A stretch of 64,000 nucleotides of DNA, from NCBI GenBank assembly GCA_963716255.1, contig OY970303.1:384001-448000 (forward strand), written 5' to 3'. Under the pieces are notes generated by a model. It was given only the letters and a program-made list of their open reading frames with translations. It did not search any database and was not told the origin of the DNA. A program made the position numbers and the translations under genes. Numbering within the stretch: position 1 is the first letter of the stretch; each line of letters starts with the position of its first letter. This DNA comes from an uncultured Gemmatimonadales bacterium. Lineage in GTDB: Bacteria; Gemmatimonadota; Gemmatimonadetes; Longimicrobiales; Longimicrobiaceae. Shown in pieces: positions 54,061 to 63,130 of the stretch.

Positions 54061-56895
54061 ATGAGCGAGACGACACCGCCAGAAGGCCGTTCCGACGAGG
54101 CGACGACAGAACCAGGCGAGGGAAAGCGGGAAGCCGGGGAAGCAACGCCGAAGCCCGCGGAGGGAATGCCGCCGAAACCCGCGGTGGAAGCGCCGCTGAA
54201 GCCAGCGGAGGAAGCGCCGCCGAAACCCGCGGTGGAAGCGCCGCCGAAGCCCGCGGAGGGAGCTCCGCCGAAGCTGCCGCCGAAGCCAGGCAGGCGGGAG
54301 TTGGCGCCCGACGACGACGGACCGAAGCCGCGTAGCGCAGGAATCCCCTGGATCGTGGGCCTCGTCGCAGCGCTCGCCGGCGCGGTGGCGGTGATAGGCA
54401 TCAACAGCTTCCTTGGGCTGGGGCTGGGATGCGGGGACGTCTGCCGGGCGGACGAGGGGAGGACCGTGCAGGAGGAAGCGCAGTCCGGGGGCCCGCCGTC
54501 CTCCGTCGTCTTCGCCCACGTCGCCGACGCCCGGATCGGAGCGGCCGACGACACCACCAGCGCGTCCAACCAGGCCGCCCTCGCGGCGGTGATGCGCGCC
54601 ATCCGCGCCCAGCCGGGGGCCGAGACTCCCCGCTTCCTTGTGCTTTCGGGCGCCGTCCTGGGGGACACCTCCGTCGCCGGGGAGGCGCCCGCGCCACCGC
54701 CTCAGGGAGCGCCTGCCGTCCCCCCACCCTCGCCGGCCGTCCAGGACACGACCCCGGTCCCCGCTGCGCCGGCCGTTCAGGGCGCGGCCGCGGTCCCCGC
54801 GTCCACCGGGGGACAGGCCATCGGCAGGTGGCGGGACCAGGCCGATTCGCTGGCGGCCGTGCTTGCCTCGAGCCCCGTTGCGAACGTGTACCTGGCGTCC
54901 GCCCGTCCCCTGCCGGCGGGCTTCCTCGCCCGGCTGCGGGAGCGGCTGCGCCGGAGCGGAGTCGGCGTCCAGGACCTCACCGCCTGCTACGACGCGGCCG
55001 GCGTCGCCCCGGGAGCTTGCAGGACCGGAGTACCCGGAACGCGGTTCGTCCTGGTGGGCTACCGCTCCACGCCGGGCGCCGACACGTCGTCCGGCGGGTC
55101 GCTCGAGCGGCTCGGCACGCTGCTGAGCCAGACGCCCCGGGCCAACCAGCGGGCCGTCGTGGTCGCGGGCAGCCTGCCGCCGGGCGGCGGGGGCAGGCCT
55201 GCCTCACCGGAAGGCGAGGCATCCGGTGAGCCCCCGGACACGGCGTCCCGCTGGACGCGGCTCATCCGGCCGGACGACGTGGCCGCCGTGCTGGGTCCCG
55301 CCGACGAAGCGTCGCCCGACGGCGAAGGAAAGTTCCGGCCGGCTCCCCCCCTGGGGGTGGCCGACCCCGGGAGCGCGGTCGCGAGGAACGGGTTCGCCCT
55401 GGTGCGGCTCGGCCCGGGCGGCGCCACGCAGCGGATCGTCTCCCACGACCGGCAGACGGGGATGCTTTCCGGGGAGAGCCTCGCGGCGGCCCCCGCAGCC
55501 GAGGAGCAGGGCGCATTCCGGCGATTGTTCGAGTGGCTGTGGAGCCTCCCGAACAACACGCGCGACCTGGCCCGCGCAACCGTGCTCCTCCTGGGGCTCC
55601 TGTTCGCCTTCCTCACCGTGGCCGCTCTCTGGGAGGTTCCCGGCAAAACCAGGATGGTGACGGTGCAGCTCGCCGCGATGCCGGCGGAAGGGGCCGCGAA
55701 CGCGTCCCCCGTGCAGCAGGTCCAGCAGGTCCAGGTCCCGGACTCCCTCCCCGGCGGAAGCGTTTTCCAGGGGAACCTGGCGCGCACCGTCTGGAGCGGG
55801 CTCACCGGGATCGCGGCGGTCACGCTGCTCACGCAGTTCTGGCAGCTGTCCGGGATCAAGGCCGAAGCCCTGTACGTCGTGATGTTCGGGGTTTCCTTCC
55901 TGGCGCTGCTCCTGACGATGGCGTTCATCCGGGCCGTCGCGGAAGGGCTTCGCAGCCGGATAGCGAGCGCGCGCCTCATCCCGACGTGGGATCCGCCGGC
56001 CAGGCTGGAAGGCCAGGGCGCGGCCATGTACTGGACCGCTCACCGCTCCCGGTCGTGGGTGACCTACTGGGTCCACCGCGCCTGGAGATGGCTCGTTTCC
56101 CTCCGGGAAACCCTGCTGGTGTTCGTCGACACGTTCGTCACCGTGCTGATGGGGCAGCGCTACGACGCGAACCTGGTGTGGGAGAAGCGCATCGTCGAGG
56201 ACCAGCGCGCCCTGCTCCGGATGGCGCACCTGCTCCGGGACAACATCGGCGAAGCGGTCCGCGGAGCGGTGCTGGGGAAAACCGGCCGCAGCGGAGGCTG
56301 CCCGGAGCTGGAGAAGGGGATTCGCGTGAGCATCAGCGTGCTCTCGGACGACGGGACGACGGCGTTCTACATCTCCTCGTCCGCTCGCAGCCTCGACCGG
56401 CGGTTCGGGCAGAAGTCGCTCGCCTGGCTCGCGATCTACGCACGCGAGCCGCGCTGGTGGGTGGACACGTACCCCGAGGATTCCATCATCGCCTTCGACA
56501 ACACGGTCGGAGCTCTCCCCGGGCCGACCGGGCCGCTGATGCTGGCCGACTACTTCGAGCCCCGCTTCCGTTCGGATTACGAGGCGTTCATCGTCGTCCC
56601 TCTTCCATGGAATCGCGGCGACGTGGCGGAGGGGGGAAGGCGTGGGGGGCTCCACATCTCGTTCGAGAAGGCCGACTGGTTCAAAGCGCTGTGGCCTTCC
56701 CTGCACGACGCCGGCCTACCGGCCACACCCCCTCCGGGCGACATTTACGGGGCGAGCTTCGACTTCCTCACGGACCTGCAGAGCGAGACCCTCCTCGCGG
56801 TGCTGGAGCAGGCACTGGACATGCTGGGGGTGGTCGTGTCGAGGTTCGACCAGACCATTTACGAGAGCCGCATCCGCGGGCACAACGCCGGCTGA
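54061..56895 (+). CDS. Large hypothetical membrane protein
   Basis: 944-aa ORF: Pro-rich repeats, TM, possible degenerate phosphoesterase-like region (VFAHVAD, RFLVLSG), about three more TMs, GAF-like C-terminus (IRVSISVL...FIVVPL...GGLHISF). Confidence 0.75.
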   Translation: MSETTPPEGRSDEATTEPGEGKREAGEATPKPAEGMPPKPAVEAPLKPAEEAPPKPAVEAPPKPAEGAPPKLPPKPGRRELAPDDDGPKPRSAGIPWIVGLVAALAGAVAVIGINSFLGLGLGCGDVCRADEGRTVQEEAQSGGPPSSVVFAHVADARIGAADDTTSASNQAALAAVMRAIRAQPGAETPRFLVLSGAVLGDTSVAGEAPAPPPQGAPAVPPPSPAVQDTTPVPAAPAVQGAAAVPASTGGQAIGRWRDQADSLAAVLASSPVANVYLASARPLPAGFLARLRERLRRSGVGVQDLTACYDAAGVAPGACRTGVPGTRFVLVGYRSTPGADTSSGGSLERLGTLLSQTPRANQRAVVVAGSLPPGGGGRPASPEGEASGEPPDTASRWTRLIRPDDVAAVLGPADEASPDGEGKFRPAPPLGVADPGSAVARNGFALVRLGPGGATQRIVSHDRQTGMLSGESLAAAPAAEEQGAFRRLFEWLWSLPNNTRDLARATVLLLGLLFAFLTVAALWEVPGKTRMVTVQLAAMPAEGAANASPVQQVQQVQVPDSLPGGSVFQGNLARTVWSGLTGIAAVTLLTQFWQLSGIKAEALYVVMFGVSFLALLLTMAFIRAVAEGLRSRIASARLIPTWDPPARLEGQGAAMYWTAHRSRSWVTYWVHRAWRWLVSLRETLLVFVDTFVTVLMGQRYDANLVWEKRIVEDQRALLRMAHLLRDNIGEAVRGAVLGKTGRSGGCPELEKGIRVSISVLSDDGTTAFYISSSARSLDRRFGQKSLAWLAIYAREPRWWVDTYPEDSIIAFDNTVGALPGPTGPLMLADYFEPRFRSDYEAFIVVPLPWNRGDVAEGGRRGGLHISFEKADWFKALWPSLHDAGLPATPPPGDIYGASFDFLTDLQSETLLAVLEQALDMLGVVVSRFDQTIYESRIRGHNAG
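54151..54273 (+). repeat. 24-bp coding tandem repeat x5 (KPAxxxPP)
   Basis: KPAEGMPP KPAVEAPL KPAEEAPP KPAVEAPP KPAEGAPP. Confidence 0.85.
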
Positions 56896-56951
56896 GCCGG
56901 GACGCCGGGCCGGTCGCCTGCCACTGACCACCTGCGAGCGCGAGGAAAAGA

Positions 56952-57590
56952 TTGACCTGGGAGTACGAACTGGACACGGATGAGCGGAGACACACCCGCA
57001 CGTTCCGCGAGGAATGTGCACTCGCGTTCGCCGCGCTGGACTGCATCCTGAACGGAGACAAGGGGATCTACGCCAGCAGCGAGCTCACCACCGGCCGGCG
57101 GGCGTACGGCCTGTTCGACGAGCACGGAGTCCACAGCGCGCACGAGCTGCGCGACAAGCTCGGCGAGGACCCGCACCGCAGCCTCGTCCTGATCCCCAAC
57201 TGCGAGGCCGCGGCCGACTTCGCCCGGCGCCTGCGGGAGCGCTTCGGCGGGACGGAGCCGGTGATCACCCCCGCCCCGTTCGAGGCGCCGGGGTGGAGCC
57301 AGGCGGAGTACCTCCACTTCTGGGAGACGCTGATCCGCACCCGGACCCGGGCCGTCTACTTCAACGAGGCGTGGGAGTACAGCAACGGCTGCACCTTCGA
57401 GTTCGCCGTGGCCCACGACGCGGGTGTCCCCACCTTCGACGCGCGCTGCGAGCCGCTGGAGTTGGAGCGCGGCGTCGAGCTCGTCGCGCGGGCCGTGCGG
57501 GAGCTGGAGTCCCGCGGTGTGGACCCGGCCCGCCTCCGCACCCACCTCGGGCGGCTGGAAGGAATGCGGGCCCCGGCCGGCTCGCCCTGA
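56952..57590 (+). CDS. Hypothetical protein, nucleoside-deoxyribosyltransferase/DUF4406-like fold
   Basis: SD GAGGA plus TTG. IYASSELTTG, VITPA, AVYFNEAWEYSNGCTFEF..A...GVP. Confidence 0.65.
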   Translation: MTWEYELDTDERRHTRTFREECALAFAALDCILNGDKGIYASSELTTGRRAYGLFDEHGVHSAHELRDKLGEDPHRSLVLIPNCEAAADFARRLRERFGGTEPVITPAPFEAPGWSQAEYLHFWETLIRTRTRAVYFNEAWEYSNGCTFEFAVAHDAGVPTFDARCEPLELERGVELVARAVRELESRGVDPARLRTHLGRLEGMRAPAGSP

Positions 57591-57811
57591 CGCCCCGGCG
57601 GCCCACCTCTGCCGGCCCCGACGCCCGCCACCCCCGCCCGGGTGGCGGGCGTCGCGCCGGGTGCAAGCGAAGCGGCCACACCCGGCGCGCCGGGCGAAGA
57701 AGCTTGCCTCCCGCATGTTTTCCGTCCATTCTGGCCGACGGAGCGCCGGGGGATCCGGACCGCTCGGCTCCCCGGAGGAGCCCCTTCACCCTTCCTCGGA
57801 ACAGGCAGACG

Positions 57812-59344
57812 ATGACATTCCGGCTTCTCCCCCTCCGCGCCGCGGCCCCGCTCCTCCTCGCGGCGGCGCTGGCCGCGTGCGCCGAGCGCGCCGATTCGCC
57901 GCTCTCCCCCGCCCCGGCGCCGCGCGCCGACGTCGCGGCCGCCGCGGTGACGGGAACCATCGTGCTGGCGGGCGGCGGCGCGGAGGGAGACGTGGGCGAC
58001 ACCTCGTCGTGGAGCTACAAGCTGTACAGGGAGGTGGTGGAGAACGGCGACGTGGACGGCGACGGCGTGGTCCGCGTGGCGGTGCTGACGGTGGACGCGT
58101 CCACCTCGTTCATCACCGACTACTTCGAGTGGATCGGGACCACGCTGGGCGTGCCGGTGGACGCCACGATCTACCAGGTGACCACGCGGGCGGAGGCCAA
58201 CGACCCGGCGCGGGTGGGCGCGGTGGCCAACGCCGACGCGGTCTTCCTCAAGGGCGGAGACCAGGGCGTGTACTACGACCAGTGGAACGGCACCCTCCTG
58301 GAAACGCACGTGCGCACCGTGGTGGAGACGCGCGGCGGGGCCGTGGGCGGCACCAGCGCGGGGGCCATGAGCCAGTCGCAGTTCTGCCTGTGCGGCAGCG
58401 CCGACCTGGTCTCCGCCGACGTGATGACCAACTCGCACACCTCCTTCCTCAACGATGTGAGCGACGGCGGCACCGGCATCCACACCGATTTCCTGAATTT
58501 CCTGGGCGGCGCCGTGGTGGACACACACTTCACCGAGCGCGCGCGCTTCGGGCGGCTGCTGGGGACCATGGCGAAGGCCGCCGAGGACAACGCCGCGCCC
58601 GGGATCCTGGGCATCGGCATCGAGCGGCAGACAGGGCTCGCCATCCGCGGCGGGGTGGCCGAGGTGATCGGCAACGGCGAGGTGTCGTTCGTGCAGCAGA
58701 CGCCCGCCACGGCGCGCATCCGCACGCCGGGCAAGCCGCTCGTGTACACGCACCTGCGGGTGGACCGGCTCACGCACGGGTGGACGTACGACCTGGGCGC
58801 GAAGCTGCCGGGCACGGCGGCGCCGGGGGTGCTGGCCGTCAGCTACGCCGGCGACGGCGCGGCCAACTCCGGGGCGCTCAGCATCGCGGGCTCCACGGAG
58901 CGGGACAACTCCAGGTTCGAGAAGGTGGCCACGTACTCCAGCAAGGACTACTCGCTGGCGAACACCTCGGCGAGCGTGTTCGTGCGCAGCGGCGTGGGCT
59001 TCACGGACGCGGGCAACTCCGGCAATCGCGGCTTCAAGCAGGAAACGCTGTTCCGCGCCCTGTACGACGTGCCGGCGTACAGCGGGCTCCTGCTGTTTTC
59101 CGGCGGCACCGCGTCGCGCGTGGCCGCCAGCCCGGACGTGCTCTCGTTCTCCGGCGCGGGGACCATCGTGGTGGACGGCAGGACGGTGGCGAGCCGCGGG
59201 CTTTCGCCGTACAAGTCGTACCAGGCCACCAGCAAGGGGACGCTCAGGGCGGCGGCGCTCACCGGCCTCACGGTGCACGTGCTCGCCGAGTCCGCCACCA
59301 CGGGCAAGCGCTACAACACGCGGACTCATGCGGTGGTGCCGTGA
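57812..59344 (+). CDS. Cyanophycinase-like peptidase S51 lipoprotein
   Basis: Lipobox LAAC, LAGGG, KGGDQ, GGTSAGAM, VDTHFTERARFGRL. Confidence 0.85.
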   Translation: MTFRLLPLRAAAPLLLAAALAACAERADSPLSPAPAPRADVAAAAVTGTIVLAGGGAEGDVGDTSSWSYKLYREVVENGDVDGDGVVRVAVLTVDASTSFITDYFEWIGTTLGVPVDATIYQVTTRAEANDPARVGAVANADAVFLKGGDQGVYYDQWNGTLLETHVRTVVETRGGAVGGTSAGAMSQSQFCLCGSADLVSADVMTNSHTSFLNDVSDGGTGIHTDFLNFLGGAVVDTHFTERARFGRLLGTMAKAAEDNAAPGILGIGIERQTGLAIRGGVAEVIGNGEVSFVQQTPATARIRTPGKPLVYTHLRVDRLTHGWTYDLGAKLPGTAAPGVLAVSYAGDGAANSGALSIAGSTERDNSRFEKVATYSSKDYSLANTSASVFVRSGVGFTDAGNSGNRGFKQETLFRALYDVPAYSGLLLFSGGTASRVAASPDVLSFSGAGTIVVDGRTVASRGLSPYKSYQATSKGTLRAAALTGLTVHVLAESATTGKRYNTRTHAVVP

Positions 59345-59362
59345 CTGAACTGATCTGAGTGG

Positions 59363-59802
59363 CGGGTTCGGGCGTGCCCCCGGCTGGCGCCGGGGTCGGG
59401 CTTCGGCTCCGTAAGCGAGCAAACGACGCTCGCCAACGGAGTCGAGCCCCCGCGAAACTGCCCGCGGGGTCTGAGCAGCCGGGATGATGCTTGACACTTT
59501 GGACCGGGAGGATGCTTGACACTCCCTCCCGTTCCTACCAAGGACTTACGCTGTTTCTGACCAGAGAGCAGTGAGGGATCCCCTCAGTGCTACCCTCTCC
59601 TACGGCAGGGGGCAACACCGAGCAGCAGTGAGGGTTACCCTACCTAAGCATTCAGCAAAGCGCTTGGGATTCGATCCATTTCCTAGTCGCTGCGCCGAAG
59701 CCTCTCTCATCAGGGAGTGTCAAGCATCCTCCCGGTCTATTCTGTCAACCATCAACCCGGTCCATACCGTCTCGCCCCTTCGGGCCGTAATCCCTCACGC
59801 GG
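59363..59802 (-). repeat. R1 copy 8, interrupted by a MITE
   Basis: R1 halves 59363-59472 and 59769-59802 rejoin to an intact copy. Confidence 0.88.
59473..59768. mobile_element. Non-autonomous ~296-bp MITE-like insertion
   Basis: Flanking GTCT duplication. Perfect 26-bp IR GACCGGGAGGATGCTTGACACTCCCT / AGGGAGTGTCAAGCATCCTCCCGGTC plus an outer imperfect 18-bp IR. No transposase. Confidence 0.82.
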
Positions 59803-59892
59803 CTCCATGTGAAAATCCGGCACATAATTCGCGTCACTTTCCGGCGCGGCAACTCCGCCGTGGGTGGGAACCCCCCAATCGCAGAGGGAATC

Positions 59893-60102
59893 ATGAGTCA
59901 GTCTTCGCGCAGCAGGATCCGGCTGGCCTTCGGGGCCGCGATCGTCGCGTCGATGGGCTTCGGCGTCACGCAGGCGGTGGCGAAGCCGCAGGCGGCCGAG
60001 GTCGGTCCCAGGACCTGCCCGACGGGCACGGTGGCGTGCACCTGCGGCTTCCAGATCATCGCCTGCGTGGCCCCGGGGGGCCTCTGCCCGCACTGCCCCT
60101 GA
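59893..60102 (+). CDS. Small secreted 6-Cys peptide (69 aa)
   Basis: SD GAGGG, signal peptide ending AVA, mature region TCPTGTVACTCGFQIIACVAPGGLCPHCP. Confidence 0.7.
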   Translation: MSQSSRSRIRLAFGAAIVASMGFGVTQAVAKPQAAEVGPRTCPTGTVACTCGFQIIACVAPGGLCPHCP

Positions 60103-60283
60103 CGGAGAGCGGTGCACCGGACTGGGGCGGCCCCGCACCGGAATGGTGCGGGGCCGTTCTCGTTGCGGGACGGGGCTACGTAGCGGTTTGGCGGCTCCCG
60201 GCGGAGCGCGTAGCTTGCGGGTGCACCCGTGGCGGCCGCGCCGCGGGTGAGGCCCCGGCCCGCGCTCCCCGCCTCCCCCGCGC

Positions 60284-61531
60284 TTGAACGCGTACAGCCT
60301 ACTCCTGCTCCTGGGCGCCGCCAACGGCTTCATCCTGGCCGCGCTCCTCCGGCTCGCGCGCGCCAACCGCCGCGCGAACCGCCTGCTCGCGGCGCTGGTC
60401 GCCCTGGTCTCGCTGCGTCTCCTCCCGTACGTGCTCGGCTACGCGGGCGCCTACGACGCGCACCGCTGGCTGACCTTCGCCCCCTTCGACCTTTCGCTCG
60501 CCTTCGGACCCCTCCTGTGGGGGTACGTGGCCGCGCTCACCACCGGCGAGCGGCCGCGGCGCTGGGGGTGGCACCTGGCCCCCGCCGCCGCGCAGCTCGC
60601 CTACTCGCTGGCGTGCTTCGCCCTGGCGCCGGAGGCCAAGTGGCGGTGGTACACCGGGCCCCACCTGCACGCCGTCGCGCCGGCGGAGCTCGCGGCGGCG
60701 CTGCTGTCGCTGGCGGCGTACCTGCGCGCGGCGTGGCGCCGCTACGCCGCCTACCAGGAGTGGCTGGCCGCCAACCTGAGCAACCGCGAGGAGCTGCGCC
60801 TGGGGTGGCTCCGGGGGGTGCTCCTGGCGTTCGGCGCCACGCTGTGCGTGGGCGCCGGGTTCGCCCTGACCTCCTGGCTGGTCACCCCGCTCGACTACTT
60901 CGACCGCTTCCCGCAGATGGTCTGGCTGGCCGGGCTGGTCTACTTCCTGGGGCTGGTGGGATGGCGGCACGGCGAGCGCGCCTACCCCCATCCCGCCCCG
61001 GACGAGGCCGTCCCCGCCGCGACCGCCGCCGACCCGGAGCCGCCTCCGGCCCGGAGCCCGGACGACGCCCCGCCGCCGGCCGTCCGCTCCGGGGCGACGG
61101 CGGAGGCCGCGGCGGACGCCGCCGGTGCGACGGCGGCGCTCGCCGCGCGGTGGGCGGCGCGGGTGGCGGAGGCCGGCTGGTGGCGCGACGAGGAGCTCAC
61201 GCTCGCGGCGCTCGCGCGGCACCTGGGCACCTCGCCGCGCTCCCTGTCGCGCGCGCTGAACGAGGGGCTGGGGCAGAGCTTCAACGAGTTCGTCAACCGC
61301 ATGCGGGTGGACGCGGTCGCCGCCGAGCTGCGCGACCCGGCGCGCCGGCGCGACCTGCTCGCCGTCGCGCTGGACGCGGGCTTCAGCTCCAAGGCCAGCT
61401 TCAACCGCGCGTTCCGGGCGTACACCGGCACCACCCCGTCCGAATTCCGCCGCCGCGCGGAGGCGGAACGTCTCAATGCGCGCCAGTGTGCGCTCCCCGC
61501 GGAAAGTGCGACGCGGGGCGGCGACGGCTGA
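60284..61531 (+). CDS. AraC-family regulator with N-terminal multi-TM sensor
   Basis: About 7 TMs, then ELTLAALA...SFNEFVNRMRV...AGFSSKASFNRAFR..TG.TPSEFR. Confidence 0.9.
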   Translation: MNAYSLLLLLGAANGFILAALLRLARANRRANRLLAALVALVSLRLLPYVLGYAGAYDAHRWLTFAPFDLSLAFGPLLWGYVAALTTGERPRRWGWHLAPAAAQLAYSLACFALAPEAKWRWYTGPHLHAVAPAELAAALLSLAAYLRAAWRRYAAYQEWLAANLSNREELRLGWLRGVLLAFGATLCVGAGFALTSWLVTPLDYFDRFPQMVWLAGLVYFLGLVGWRHGERAYPHPAPDEAVPAATAADPEPPPARSPDDAPPPAVRSGATAEAAADAAGATAALAARWAARVAEAGWWRDEELTLAALARHLGTSPRSLSRALNEGLGQSFNEFVNRMRVDAVAAELRDPARRRDLLAVALDAGFSSKASFNRAFRAYTGTTPSEFRRRAEAERLNARQCALPAESATRGGDG

Positions 61532-61571
61532 GCTACCTTGCGGGCGTACCCCGAACCCGAGGACCGCGCTC

Positions 61572-63107
61572 ATGCACCTGCCGCCCATCCCTCCCCCGCC
61601 CTCCCGTCCAGCTCGCTCGGTCCGCGCCGCCACGCTGGCGCTCGCCCTGGCGGCGTGCGGCGCCGGGGCGGGCCCGCTGCGCGCCCAGTCGCCCCCGGCG
61701 CGCATCCCGGCCGCGGAGCTGCTGGAGGACTTCGCTTTGCTCCGCGACGCGTACGAGACGCTGCACCCCGGCCTGTACCGCTACGCCGACAGCGCACAGG
61801 TGGCCGCGAACTTCGGCGCGCTCCGGGAGGAGCTGAGCCGCGACCGCACGCTGGCGGAAGCGTACCTCGCCATCTCCGTCTTCCTGGCGAGCGTCCGCTG
61901 CGGCCACAGCTACGCCAACTTCTTCAACCAGCCGGACGCCGTGGCGGGGGCGCTGCTGCAGCGCGACCGGCTTCCCTTCCTGTTCCGCTGGATCGGCGGC
62001 CGCATGGTCGTCACCCGCAACCTGTCCGCGGAGCCGCGCCTCGCCCCGGGGACGGAGGTGCGCCGCATCAACGGCGTTCCCGCCGCCGACGTCCTCCGCG
62101 GCCTGCTCACGGTGGCGAGGGCGGACGGCTCCAACGACGCCAAGCGCGTCGCGGGGATGGAACTGCGGGGCGACAGCCGCTACGAGGCGTTCGACGTCTT
62201 CTTCCCCCTCCTCTTCCCGCCCCCGGACGGGCCGTGGAGCTTCGAGGTGGCCGGGCCCCTGGGCGCCCCCGCCGCCACGGTCCGCGCCCGCCCCCTCGCC
62301 TACGCAGAGCGGCTGGCCGCGACCGGGCGCGCCGCCGCGGACCGGCCCGCGGACGACCCGGGCTGGGAGTTCCGCTTCCTGGACGACGGGACCGGCTACC
62401 TGCGCATGCCCACCTGGGCGCTGTACAATTCCCGCTGGGACTGGAAGGCGTACCTGGACAACGTGTTCGCCCGGCTCGACGAGCGGGGCGCGGGGGCGCT
62501 GGTGATCGACCTGCGCGGCAACGAGGGGGGAACCGGGGTGGGGGACGAGATCCTGTCCCGGCTGGTGACGCGCGACCTCCGCCTGGACGGGTTCCGCCGC
62601 CGGGTCCGCGGCCGCAGCGTCCCCGAGCGCCTGCGGCCGCACCTGGACACCTGGGACCGCTCCTTCCTGGACTGGGGCGACCAGGCCGTGCCCGCCGAGG
62701 GCGGCTTCTACACCCTGACGCGATACGACGACGAGCCCGGGAGCAGCGTCGTGCGGGCCGCCGCCCGCCCCTTCCGCGGGCGCACCTACGTGCTGGTGGA
62801 CGCCTCCAACAGCTCCGCGACCTTCGAGTTCGCCCTGGCCGCGCGACAGAACCGCCTGGCGACGCTGGTGGGGCAGCCCACCGGCGGCAACCAGCGCGGC
62901 ATCAACGGCGGCGCGTTCTTCTTCCTGCGCCTCCCCCGCAGCGGCATCGAGGTGGACGTACCGCTCATCGGCTACTTCCCGCCGGGCGAGCGGCCCGACG
63001 CCGGCATCGTCCCGGACGTGCTCGTGGAGCCCAGCGCCGACGACGTGGCCCGCGGCGTGGACACGGAGCTGCGCGCCGTGCTGGATCTCCTTCGCCGGAC
63101 GCCCTGA
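61572..63107 (+). CDS. Secreted S41-family peptidase
   Basis: Signal peptide, HPGLYRY, IDLRGNEGG, NSSATFEF, VGQPTGG, GIVPD. Confidence 0.87.
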   Translation: MHLPPIPPPPSRPARSVRAATLALALAACGAGAGPLRAQSPPARIPAAELLEDFALLRDAYETLHPGLYRYADSAQVAANFGALREELSRDRTLAEAYLAISVFLASVRCGHSYANFFNQPDAVAGALLQRDRLPFLFRWIGGRMVVTRNLSAEPRLAPGTEVRRINGVPAADVLRGLLTVARADGSNDAKRVAGMELRGDSRYEAFDVFFPLLFPPPDGPWSFEVAGPLGAPAATVRARPLAYAERLAATGRAAADRPADDPGWEFRFLDDGTGYLRMPTWALYNSRWDWKAYLDNVFARLDERGAGALVIDLRGNEGGTGVGDEILSRLVTRDLRLDGFRRRVRGRSVPERLRPHLDTWDRSFLDWGDQAVPAEGGFYTLTRYDDEPGSSVVRAAARPFRGRTYVLVDASNSSATFEFALAARQNRLATLVGQPTGGNQRGINGGAFFFLRLPRSGIEVDVPLIGYFPPGERPDAGIVPDVLVEPSADDVARGVDTELRAVLDLLRRTP

Positions 63108-63130
63108 CCCGGAGATCGGGGTGAAAGACC

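Noticed and set aside
59525..59715. Hammerhead ribozyme on the minus strand (CTGATGAG...GAAAC...GTC)
   Set aside because: Stems II and III do not form properly around the core by eye; probably chance. An Infernal search would settle it.
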